From: Strigamia acuminata | Lineage: Eukaryota | Length of the DNA: 64,000 nucleotides | Direction of reading: 5' to 3' | Assembly: GCA_949358305.1 (NCBI GenBank) | Contig: OX442314.1 | Coordinates: 1 to 64,000, forward strand | Shown here: one piece after another, positions 13,701 through 23,276 of the stretch | Layout of the letters: each line of letters opens with the position of its first letter | How positions within the stretch are numbered: position 1 is the first letter of the stretch | Notes under the pieces: model-generated | Databases searched by the model: none | What the model saw: only the letters and a program-made list of their open reading frames with translations | What the model was told of the DNA's origin: nothing | Translations under genes and position numbers: made by a program

Positions 13701-16700
13701 GATACTTGAAGCGATCACAGAAGTTTTGCATGGAAAAAGCTTACATGAAAGTAGGCCTAACGGCATGGTCACGGCGTGGTCAAGGCGTGGTCACGGCATG
13801 GTCAAAGGTCCGAAACAGCACTTTACACTAATTTTAAGCGATTTTGTACATTACAGTTTGTGAGGTATTAATTGTTGATCCGTTTTGCATGATGATTTTC
13901 TTGAGAACACCGGAACAATTTGAAACAGGGTTAAACCTAACGTGTGGTCCGCGTGGTCAGCGTGGTCAGCAAAAGTTCGAAAAAGTCGCTATTTTTGCAC
14001 GAAAAAGTTCACAATAAAGAATGTGGATTCTTGTATTACCATCTCGTCGCCAATTAGTCTGTCTTGACTAAATATTAAAACTGTAATGGAGCATGCAAAA
14101 TAACGTGACCGTTGGTGCTGCTGAGATTTACATAACTGACTAGTTTATTCAAACACAGGTGGCGCTGCGCAAAGGTAGCGTCACAAATCAACAGGAAATG
14201 ACAATTACAGAATGGAGTACAGACACTCCATTTTATTTTCTTACAAACCTTACATTTCTGAGCGTAAAAAACCATGTTTTAAAGTGCAAACGGTCAAAAA
14301 TGAATTTTTAAGGCCCAACTAAACCATTTCTTAACATAAACAAACAGTCCGAAATGCAAATATTCATTATTTTAAGTCACTAATCAGACAAAGGCATGTT
14401 TTGTGATATTAATTTTATCCATCTTTTTTGCATCAAACCTAAAATATTCTATATTTATGTCAGCCCCATTTTTGTGTAAAATCACTGTCAAATTTATTTC
14501 CCCACAAAACTGTTAATTTGAAATGAATACTAAAGCCTAAATACATATATTAAAAAATTGGTTTCATTCCAGATGAAGCGCAAAAAGAAATATTTTTAAA
14601 AAACTGATTATTCTATACTTATGGCGCGCCTACAAAAAAAAAAAAAAAAAAGTGCTATTTTTTGGTCTGTCTGTCTGTGAGGAGTGTCTAAAGTTTGTTT
14701 TTTCCTGGAAAATAAATATTTGTTTTTTTTTCCGGGCAGAATACGCTTCTCATTCCTCACCGTCAAGACCTTCACCCAGTGGAGAAGAAGGAGACACAAC
14801 AAACGAACAACTGATTGGCCAGCTGCAGGGTAAAACAAGTTACTAACCTATACTAATACTAACCTCACCATGGGGCCCCAAAAAAAATTGTTTTGCACAC
14901 CCAGCAGGAAATTTGTCCCATGCCACATCAAACGAAGACAACGCGCCGAAACAAACAGACAAAGACAAAAACCCGAGCAGAAAACAGGATCAAAGCGACT
15001 GCAACGACACTGACGACAGCATGAGTGAAAGCGGCAGTCAGTATGAAGCGCCAGACTTGCCAACGGAAATGATTAAGTTCCTGGACCACAGGCAAAATCG
15101 CACGGCCATTGAAAATTTTCAAAAGTGGCTGAGCAATCCGGCCGGACATAACAAGGGTGCCCGGACAACTCGTCAACACGTCCAGCAGACGCAGCGTTTC
15201 ATCGGATCCCTGTGCGGCAAAAAATCAATGCTTCAAGGGGCCGAGGCCTGGTTCGTACGCTCACGCAAAAAGTATGCGCCAGGGACCGTGCTGAGCCAAG
15301 TCTCGTCGATACGCCTTTATTTTAATTTTATGAAGTTTGCCCAAGTGTCGGGCTGGGAAGAAAACCAGGCCTGGGATTTGGCTTTGTCTCTCGACTACAT
15401 GGTCTCCGTGTGGTTGAGAAACATCAAAAAAGACACCAATCGGCGCATAAAAGAGGTGGCGCAACGGGACTCGCTCCGCGCCCCCACACCCGACACAATG
15501 AGGCAGTTTTTTGCTTCGGAGCACGTCAAGGGAATCCACAGATCGCTCGACGGCCCACGAATGCGAAAGGATGAGTGGGACGGCAAAATGGCCACGCACG
15601 TCAGAGACGTCCTGGTGTCCGAGCTGTTGATGTTAAATGGCGCGCGGCAAGGTAACGCCACACAGATGACTCTGGGCGAGTGGAATCGCCGCCAAAAGGT
15701 AGACGGACAGGCTGTAATTACAGTCCATGAGGTGAAAAACATTGCCATCATAGGTGGCGCTGAAGTTGTGGCGGCTGATCGACTCGAAAAGCGGATTTCC
15801 GCATACGTCACCAACTTTCGCCGTCCCTGTTTCACCTCACGGTCCCTGGCTCGAGACGAAACAATGCCGCTGTTTGTTTCAGCACAGGGCAAGAAGATGT
15901 CGCGCACGACCGCGGCCAGCTGCGTGGGCAACGCATGGCAACGCGCCGGCCTTAGGCGCGTGACGGCCACAATTGTGCGCAAGGGAATCGTCTCCGAGGT
16001 GCACTCGGGCCACCACGACCTAGCGCCGGACCTAGCCCAATTAATGGGCCACACTTTGGCCACGGCGGAACGACACTATCGTGTGGCCGGGTCCGCAAAG
16101 AAGGCCGTGAGGACTGTCACGAGGATCGCTGACATAATGGGGACGGAGGGTGCAGTGGACGACAACGACTCAGGTAGCAGACATTACATCCAACAAACAC
16201 AAACAAACATTAACACTTCAACCTTTTTTCCAGATACAAGCGACAGCCAATTGGAAGAGAGGGGAGAAAGCGACGTGCCGTTGCAGCCTTCCGTGCAGAA
16301 TGCCACAGAAGTTCTCACCACCAGTCCCATGCCAACTGCAGCAAACAATCAGATGCCTCATGTGCCAACAGTGAATCCAGCATCCACAACAGGCCAACTG
16401 CAGTGCATCCCCCAGGAAACAGACCAACTGCAGTGCATCTCTCAGGAAACAGGTCAGGCTGGTATGTGTCTGATTACAACGCCTTGATGCTACCTTCACT
16501 CATTTGCTTGTTTGTGTCAGGTCCCTCAACTGTGCAAACAGCCACCATCCCAGGCTTTCCCGAAGGGATGGACTGGACCAGCGTGTTGGCGGCATCACTC
16601 CATGATCCCCGTCCACCGTTGCCAGCGGTTCAAAGGAGACAACGAAGAGTACCGGACACACCTTCAGATCCGCAGCCAAAGATTGGTCCACGCGAATCAT

Positions 16701-16882
16701 TCACACCTCCTCATCGAAAAATCATTCAAAAACACCTACACCGTTTTAGAGGCCGTGATGGGAATGTGGCCACAGACTTACTACGAGAAGCACTAAACAC
16801 AATTCCCGAGTTAGCAGAAATAAAGAGGCGTTACACACTCCAGCAGATTCGGGACAAGGCCAGAAGTTTCATCCGAGTGTAA
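10742..16882 (+). CDS. Full spliced model of the YR gene: join(10742..10772, [11543..11632], 14740..14829, 14908..16173, 16234..16461, 16521..16882)
   Basis: All predicted introns are GT-AG and phase 1 and keep the frame: MAAYVETHLK-G|gtaaga; two symmetric 90-nt exons; intron 14830-14907 with TACTAAC branch-like motifs and a NAGNAG acceptor; a 60-nt in-frame intron 16174-16233; a 59-nt intron 16462-16520. The 5' exons are the least certain (weak gtcgaa donor at 11633). Confidence 0.5.
12300..14230 (-). mobile_element. Gag-only, pol-less Ty3/Gypsy (Mag-like) LTR retrotransposon
   Basis: Two 176-bp LTRs (12300-12475, 14055-14230) start TGGAGTGTCT on the minus strand. 5-bp TSD TTTTA at 12295-12299 and 14231-14235. 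PBS TGGCGACGAG lies just inside the 5' LTR (14043-14052, minus). PPT-like GAGGGGA next to the 3' LTR. AATAAA within the LTR. Internal gag remnant. Confidence 0.85.
13030..13720 (-). pseudogene. gag: Degenerate Gypsy/Mag-type gag
   Basis: IGSLQPY..NNWTHYIDQLDCFF..SDI...KKVVVLLCLVGG, FNTRVQGQVESVANFAISLQLRSEHCNY and IQQTIISQSEMKFAQA resemble Mag gag motifs. Between them the gag-like segment (PMKLVQMTFAAL..LK..*..KPLLAVE) is in another frame with a stop. There is a 60-bp internal tandem duplication (~13208-13332) and a decayed Cys-knuckle region. Confidence 0.8.
14913..16487 (+). CDS. Tyrosine recombinase / integrase (Crypton-like or viral-integrase-like YR), main coding exon(s)
   Basis: Open 524-codon GC-rich frame. 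Candidate catalytic residues in canonical order: NGA-R245 (15645), K275 (HEVKN), TIV-R356-K (HxxR position), LMG-H380 and H-Y389 (LAQLMGHTLATAERHY). An upstream helical core-binding-like region (YAPGTVLSQVSSIRLYFNF) is present. Confidence 0.9.
   Translation: MSHATSNEDNAPKQTDKDKNPSRKQDQSDCNDTDDSMSESGSQYEAPDLPTEMIKFLDHRQNRTAIENFQKWLSNPAGHNKGARTTRQHVQQTQRFIGSLCGKKSMLQGAEAWFVRSRKKYAPGTVLSQVSSIRLYFNFMKFAQVSGWEENQAWDLALSLDYMVSVWLRNIKKDTNRRIKEVAQRDSLRAPTPDTMRQFFASEHVKGIHRSLDGPRMRKDEWDGKMATHVRDVLVSELLMLNGARQGNATQMTLGEWNRRQKVDGQAVITVHEVKNIAIIGGAEVVAADRLEKRISAYVTNFRRPCFTSRSLARDETMPLFVSAQGKKMSRTTAASCVGNAWQRAGLRRVTATIVRKGIVSEVHSGHHDLAPDLAQLMGHTLATAERHYRVAGSAKKAVRTVTRIADIMGTEGAVDDNDSGSRHYIQQTQTNINTSTFFPDTSDSQLEERGESDVPLQPSVQNATEVLTTSPMPTAANNQMPHVPTVNPASTTGQLQCIPQETDQLQCISQETGQAGMCLITTP
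16521..16882 (+). CDS. Terminal YR exon encoding a Pro-rich linker and a ~65-aa Myb/SANT-like helical domain
   Basis: Donor G|gtatgt (16462) and acceptor ttgtttgtgtcag (16520) splice in frame to GPSTVQ...RESFTPPHRKIIQKHL...YTLQQIRDKARSFIRV*. The domain has a paralog at ~19160-19368. Confidence 0.75.
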
Positions 16883-17059
16883 ATGTGTTTCCACTCGTTT
16901 TCACACAACATTCACACGAATTAATTCGTGTAAACGTCGTGTGAACTGGTAAAACGTTAAATTGGTTAAATGACCGTTCAACAAGTTTTCTCGTTAAAAA
17001 TCGGGTCTTGCTAGCAGCCATCTTGGATATTAATAATAAAAATAACTTAAATGAATTTT

Positions 17060-18060
17060 CTCTTTTAATCATATTTTTGTAATCTCCTGTTTCTTTTTCC
17101 CGAGTAAACAACAGGAATATTGACTGTGGTTATTGTTTGGATTAATTTATTTAAACTGGAATTTACACTGAAATTTACCCAGGCCTTACGAATTAACAAA
17201 AACCACACTTATATTTTCACCAACACTTATAAAAAAAAGGCCAAAATTGATACGTGCATGCAACATTTATATAAACACATACATGTAACGTTTATATAAA
17301 CACATAAACCGCCATTTTTCAAATACTACAAAAATCAGTAGTCAAACTCCCAGTTTACTTTGAAAAAAGAAAAAGCAGAAAATATTGATAAAATTTCTCC
17401 CTCCAATAACAGCAATAAACCCTAAAAGCCAATGACAACTAGGTGCACACGAAAAGTCATTTCCACTAAATGACCAGTGCGAATGGTAGTGTAAATATCC
17501 AACTTACGAGTTAAAAAAAAAATTCCAGTGTAATTTTCAGTGTAAATCCAAGTAATGGTTATTATTGGGACCAATTAATTTTGCCATTTAATCACATTTT
17601 TTCTAATCGTACGAGTAACGTTTATATAAAAACATAAACCGCCAAACAAATTTACATTTTATAATTATGTTTTTGTAATCTCCTGTTTTTTTTTTAGTGA
17701 ACAACAGCAATAATGACTATGGTTATTATTTGGACTTTTCCCGCTTGAATTCACACTTTTTTTTCAACTCGAAAGTTGGGTCATTTAACTTGTCATTTAC
17801 AACTAGGTGCACACGAAAAGTCATATGCACTAAATGACCAGTGCAACTGGTAGTGTAAACATTCAATTTACAAGTTTTTTAAAAAAAGAAACAGTGTAAA
17901 TTGCAGTGTTAATCCAAGTGTAAATTAATTGGTGCCAATAATAACCATTCGATCGCACAAATACGGTTAATAACTGACTGTTGTTACGATCGAAATCGCA
18001 ACGTTTATATAAATACGTACATGTAATCTTTATGTAAAAACATAAACCGCCATTAACCCC
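17060..18060. repeat. Patchwork of diverged direct and inverted repeats (MITE-like remnants)
   Basis: aactaggtgcacacgaaaagtcat at ~17437 and ~17801; ~17071-17140 resembles ~17665-17735; tttacactgaaatt is inverted relative to cagtgtaaa motifs; acgtttatataaa...cataaaccgcca recurs three times. Confidence 0.55.
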
Positions 18061-18230
18061 CCCTCAAAAAAAGGCGATTTATGTTTTTTTTTCTGTTATA
18101 CGGAAAATATGCATTTATATTCAATTTCGGCTTTTTACGAAAGAATAATATCCCAGCCAAAAATATTGATTGATAAATTACAGAAACCCCCCTTTAACCC
18201 AGACCAATAAGATTTGCAAGAGGGGACACA

Positions 18231-18254
18231 GCAATAAAACCAAAAAGCCAATGA
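18231..18254 (+). promoter_or_regulatory. GCAATAAA-N8-GCCAATGA motif, copy upstream of the stand-alone Myb-like gene
   Basis: Spacing identical to the copies at 10638 and 17412. Followed by CCAAAG|GTAAGA donor at 18334. Confidence 0.5.
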
Positions 18255-18900
18255 GACAGCTGGTCAAGATAACCAAATCTTCATAGCTCCACAGAAGTCT
18301 ACCTTGAACCCACCTCAGCTAGCTGTCCCAAAGGTAAGAATCAGAAACAAACCTATTAATATGTTGCAAGAGGCCTTTTTATCAATTAATAGAATGAAAT
18401 AATTAATAGAATGAAAAAATTAATAGAATGAAAAAATTAATCATTATTATTAATAATAATTAATAATAATAAAAATTAATAAAATTAATAATAATTACTA
18501 TTAAAATAATTAATAGAAAGAAATAATAACATAAAAGGATAATTGTATAATTATAATTATTTCTGCTGAATTCCAAATAAATAAACTCAAAAACCCAGGT
18601 CCAGTGTTTAAAAGGTCAAACATGGGTTTTCTTCAAATCTAACCAATATGTGTCAAAATTCAACCCCTCCAGCACTTTGGAAGAAACTACAACTTACGTG
18701 TCTAACCTACCAGTCATTAGTCAAATTAGTTGTGAATGACACAAAAGATGCCTTTATGCACACAACATTAGCCTTTGAGATGAAAACACACAGCAATGGC
18801 TAATAACTAGAAGGATCAGTCATTTCCTTTTCTCTCCTTAATTCCTTGTTTAATTGATTAACTAACAGAAGAGATTAAACTAAACAAATTGTTATTTCAG

Positions 18901-19368
18901 GAAGACATTATGGAACAAATGAGTTCCACCTGCACCGTACCAGCAAAACTTATCGACCTGACTGATGAACTGATTGAACTGATGTTCCTAACCAACATGG
19001 ACGAAACCCCGCATTCACCAACCCCGCCTCCACCATTCCCATGGCCCATGTCACCAACACCATCTCCTCCGTCCACACCCACGCCACCGACAGCACCATC
19101 CCCACCGCCCACGCCACCGACACCACCATCACCGCCAACGTGTCCGTCCTGGCAGAAAAAGCGACGAAGGGGATCATTCACCCCTGAGGATCGAGCCGTC
19201 ATTGCGCGCCACCTCAAGTTGTTAACCGACAGACGAGGACGGCCCCGTTCGGCTCGATTGCGTTGGGCTCTTGAAAATTGCGTGGGCCTCAAACATCTAC
19301 CATCTGTGTACACCTTTGGGCAGATACGTGATCGTGTTGCTGCATTCACGAGAAAACCGAACGTGTGA
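18901..19368 (+). CDS. Pro-rich protein ending in the same Myb/SANT-like domain as the YR C-terminus (terminal exon; ATG at 18910)
   Basis: Acceptor ttgttatttcag at 18900. PxxP-rich linker, basic KKRRR, then SFTPEDRAVIARHL...LRWALE...YTFGQIRDRVAAF, colinear with YR SFTPPHRKIIQKHL...LREALN...YTLQQIRDKARSF. Confidence 0.8.
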   Translation, partial: EDIMEQMSSTCTVPAKLIDLTDELIELMFLTNMDETPHSPTPPPPFPWPMSPTPSPPSTPTPPTAPSPPPTPPTPPSPPTCPSWQKKRRRGSFTPEDRAVIARHLKLLTDRRGRPRSARLRWALENCVGLKHLPSVYTFGQIRDRVAAFTRKPNV

Positions 19369-20077
19369 CCTGTGCGAGAGAAAAAAGAAAAAGAAATAAG
19401 AAAAAGAAATTTAAAGAAAGAAATAGAAAAATGAAATAAAATTGTAAACAGAATAAAAAAAAAAATCAAACAAAATAAAATAAAAAAGCCAACATCAATT
19501 ATCATTATTATTATTATCAAAAACACATAAAAAAATGACCAAAACACATTAAAAAACAACAAAAATCATCTAATTAGATTCCAATATAAAGCGCATGAAG
19601 CAGGAAGCAGCCTCTAAAACAATCTCTTAGCAACAGGTACTTTGGATTCTATAGTAAACAACCCAAATACTGAAAGGAAAAGTAAATGAGTTAAGTGTGT
19701 TTTACATTTAAAGATACAGAAAAATATATTATATATAGTATATTAGAAGCATGAAAGAAAATTTAACAATCTAAATATAAAAATATGAAAATAATGAAAA
19801 TTATTTAAAAAAGGCTTCATGATCTAATGATCGAAGGGATTGACCATTTCGGCGTGCATATAAACTAATGGAGAAAAAAGGTCTAATGTCCGCAGCAGGC
19901 AGCTGTTTTTGTCGCCAACACACCTTTCATTGGATGGCGTGATCCATTAGCTCTCGTCATTCATTAGCTTAGTGGACTAATGGTCGTATTTAATCGCTAT
20001 TTCGGCGTGCGAATGAGCTCGGTGAATTGCTATTCCGGCGTGCAAACGAGCCTGGTTTGCCATTACTTCACCATCGT

Positions 20078-21130
20078 TAATCGATCCACCGAGCTCATTC
20101 GCACGCCGAAATAGCAACCCAAAACGATTATTAGTTCTGCAGGCACTTTTCATTGGTTTTGCGGTATACTGTTGGTGTGATTCATTAAGTTGGTGGTCTA
20201 ATCGATCCACCGAGCACATTCGCACGCCGAAAAAGCAACCCAAAACGATTATTAGTTCTGCAGGCACTTTTCATTGGTTTTGCGGTATACTGTTGGTGTG
20301 ATTCATTAAGTTGGTGGTCTAATCGATCCACCGAGCTCATTCGCACGCCGAAATAGCAACCCAAAACGATTATTAGTTCTGCAGGCACTTTTCATTGGTT
20401 TTGCGGTATACTGTTGGTGTGATTCATTAAGTTGGTGGTCTAATCGATCCACCGAGCTCATTCGCACGCCGAAATAGCAACCCAAAACGATTATTAGTTC
20501 TGCAGGCACTTTTCATTGGTTTTGCGGTATACTGTTGGTGTGATTCATTAAGTTGGTGGTCTAATCGATCCACCGAGCTCATTCGCACGCCGAAATAGCA
20601 ACCCAAAACGATTATTAGTTCTGCAGGCACTTTTCATTGGTTTTGCGGTATACTGTTGGTGTGATTCATTAAGTTGGTGGTCTAATCGATCCACCGAGCT
20701 CATTCGCACGCCGAAATAGCAACCCAAAACGATTATTAGTTCTGCAGGCACTTTTCATTGGTTTTGCGGTATACTGTTGGTGTGATTCATTAAGTTGGTG
20801 GTCTAATCGATCCACCGAGCTCATTCGCACGCCGAAATAGCAACCCAAAACGATTATTAGTTCTGCAGGCACTTTTCATTGGTTTTGCGGTATACTGTTG
20901 GTGTGATTCATTAAGTTGGTGGTCTAATCGATCCACCGAGCTCATTCGCACGCCGAAATAGCAACCCAAAACGATTATTAGTTCTGCAGGCACTTTTCAT
21001 TGGTTTTGCGGTATACTGTTGGTGCGATTCATTAAGTTGGTGGTCTAATCGATCCACCGAGCTCATTCGCACGCCGAAATAGCAACCCAAAACGATTATT
21101 AGTTCTGCAGGCACTTTTCATTGGTTTTGC
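20078..21130. repeat. 121-bp tandem array, about 8.7 near-identical copies
   Basis: Units start TAATCGATCCACCGAG at 20078, 20199, 20320, 20441, 20562, 20683, 20804, 20925 and 21046. Only a few substitutions seen. An inverted copy of the core lies at 19996-20024. Confidence 0.97.
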
Positions 21131-22273
21131 TGTATAATGGGAATTATTCCCAAAGAAATTTCCTACAAATCTCTGTCTGACAGTTTCATTAGAAGCAAAA
21201 CTAGTGTGTTTTGAAATGCTTTTTTCATTTGATTTTGTGCCAATTTCATAATAATAATAATAAAATGTCATTTTAAAACACATTTCTTCCTTAAATTCCC
21301 ACAAAAACAAACGAAAATTGCATTTTTAATCACAATTTGCCGATAAATTGTGTTAAAATCAATATTTTAACACAATTTTTGCACTAAATCGCATCTACAA
21401 TTGACACAAACACATCCAAAATTGACAAAATTGACAAAAAGAATAAAAGAAAAACGGGTGACTGCACCAAACATCATCCAAAATAAATCACCCAAAAAAA
21501 CCTGCTTACCTTGATGTCCTGCATGGCCTTAGTGCAGACCACGACTGTCCGCAGCCAAAAACACCTAGAAAAACAAAAGAAAAATAAGAAAATTGCCGAA
21601 ATACACGCAATTTCCCAACGTTCATAAAATAATTAATTTAAAAACCTTTCTGTACCCACTCCAGCCCTGGCAAAAATTCTTACATATTAATCTATCACTC
21701 CTCAGAACCATATGGAACCAAGAGCGAGGTCTGAGGGCCGCTTAAGACGAAAAACACCTGAAAAACAGAGAAAGGAAATTAAAAATGGTGCAAAAATCGT
21801 GCAAAAATCATACAAAAAAGCATTAATGCAAAATGCAAATAAAATTCGAATTATTAAACAAACCTACCTTGCCTGAATAAAAAAAAACAAAAAAAAAAAA
21901 AAACAACCACTGGCTACTGATTTCGCGGCGATAGCCGCGATATCGATAAAACAAAAGAAAAACAAAAACAAAAGAAATGCATTAAACAAACTTTAAACCA
22001 AACCAACCTTCCTTAATTCACACTCACCTTACTGTAAATATGGGGCACTCACAGGCCTAGGAGGACAAGAACCTAGAATGATAAGAAAAAAACACAAAGA
22101 ACCGATTCCTTGTCAAAAAAATAAAGAAAAAGAAAAAGAAATACTTATCGTTCACTAGAGCCTTCAACTCTGAAGACGTATCCACCCGCCATTCCTACCT
22201 ATAAAAACAACAAAAAAATAAGCCACTATCATTAAAAATTAAACAAAAAAGCCACTTCAAACATGAAATGCCA

Positions 22274-22333
<60 letters not shown>

Positions 22334-22334
22334 C
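22274..22334. repeat. (CCTG)n microsatellite
   Basis: About 15 perfect CCTG units. Confidence 0.95.
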
Positions 22335-23124
22335 TGAAAAAGAATTAGTAACTTAAAAATTATTATAAAAATTGTTTTATTTTAAAACAAATTAGGTTAA
22401 ACACATTAAGCTTTGCCTGTGGTTCCGTTGACGAGCCGGGAAATCCTTAAGAAACCCGAAAGACCGAATCGTTTAATTCGTTTACTCGCCACTAGATGTC
22501 AGACAAATAAGAATCCAAACATAATTTCCGAAACACACTGTTGAAAATTGGCAACAATTTCAATCATGTTGTGAATTGATTTTGTGAAAAGAAATATATT
22601 AATAAAATATTAACATCCTTGAATGTTGATTAGTAACTGTGTCTGCTTGCAGTAGAAATGTCATGGTCACTTTATCACGAATATCAATATTTACTCCACA
22701 TTTTCAAAAGCACTGTCAACACTCGGTGGCATGCAGCAAAAAAACACAAAGTTTATTGATTGTACATTGTCAAAAGCACTGCCTCCACTCGGTTGGTGGA
22801 TCTATAGTGAAATACAATTCAGACTTGATCATTAGTTCGTGCAGTGTGCTAGATATAGGTGAATCTGAAAGCTAAATACATGACTGAGTCTGACATCTGA
22901 CCTCAGATAAAAGTTCCCAGATAACTCACAATGTCACAATTGTCAACAACGTGTATCTGCAATGCTTCTGAAATTGCTGTACAGTACAGCCGCCAGAAAA
23001 AGGTCATGCATGCACCCGGAAAACGTGATTATTTGGCGAGATCATTTAAATCCCAAGTTGTCACATAAAAACAAATAAAAACTGCAACGATATATCACCG
23101 TGCGAATTAGTCAACAATAAATTG

Positions 23125-23276
23125 TCAATAACTGCTCCATCCAGGGGATGCATACATGTGTTCTTGGGGACAGACGTGACATCCAAATTGATTTGATGAA
23201 TCTTAATAAGTCCCTGATGGGCACTGACTGCACTGGTTTTTATCCAAATCAAAAAACTTTCCTGCAGAACAAGACA
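23125..23276 (-). pseudogene. Pseudo-exon encoding an Ephrin_rec_like (GCC2/GCC3) Cys-rich repeat of SVEP1/SCUBE/uninflatable type
   Basis: After acceptor ttttggcag the frame reads VSCSAGKFFDLDKNQCSQCPSGTY*DSSNQFGCHVCPQEHMYASPGWSSY*, matching C.xG.(F/Y)...C..CP.GTYQD...Q..C..CP. The usual Q position is TAA (23203-23205). Confidence 0.75.

Larger units (their letters stand above)
11844..14630. mobile_element. Non-autonomous TIR DNA transposon (MITE-like, about 0.85 kb once the nested LTR element is removed)
   Basis: 11844-12102 is an imperfect reverse complement of 14380-14630 (e.g. tagaatattttaggtttgatgcaaaaaa vs ttttttgcatcaaacctaaaatattcta). TA lies at both outer edges. A third partial TIR copy is at ~12198-12280. 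Confidence 0.65.

Noticed and set aside
12870..13772. 300-aa minus-strand ORF as an intact gene
   Set aside because: Gag similarity switches frame and includes a stop, so the continuous ORF is a chance read-through of a decayed gag.
15261..16499. Antisense and alternate-frame ORFs over the YR, and likewise 18897-19562 on the minus strand
   Set aside because: Shadows of GC-rich coding sequence with no recognisable motifs.
18385..18560. AT-rich repeats (aattaatagaatgaaa x3, (aat)n) as a regulatory element
   Set aside because: Ordinary intronic low-complexity sequence.
20078..21130. 121-bp array as a CRISPR array, tRNA/5S cluster or repeated 67-aa genes
   Set aside because: Whole units are near-identical with no unique spacers, the context is eukaryotic, no cloverleaf or 5S sequence was recognised, and the ORFs are repeat by-products.
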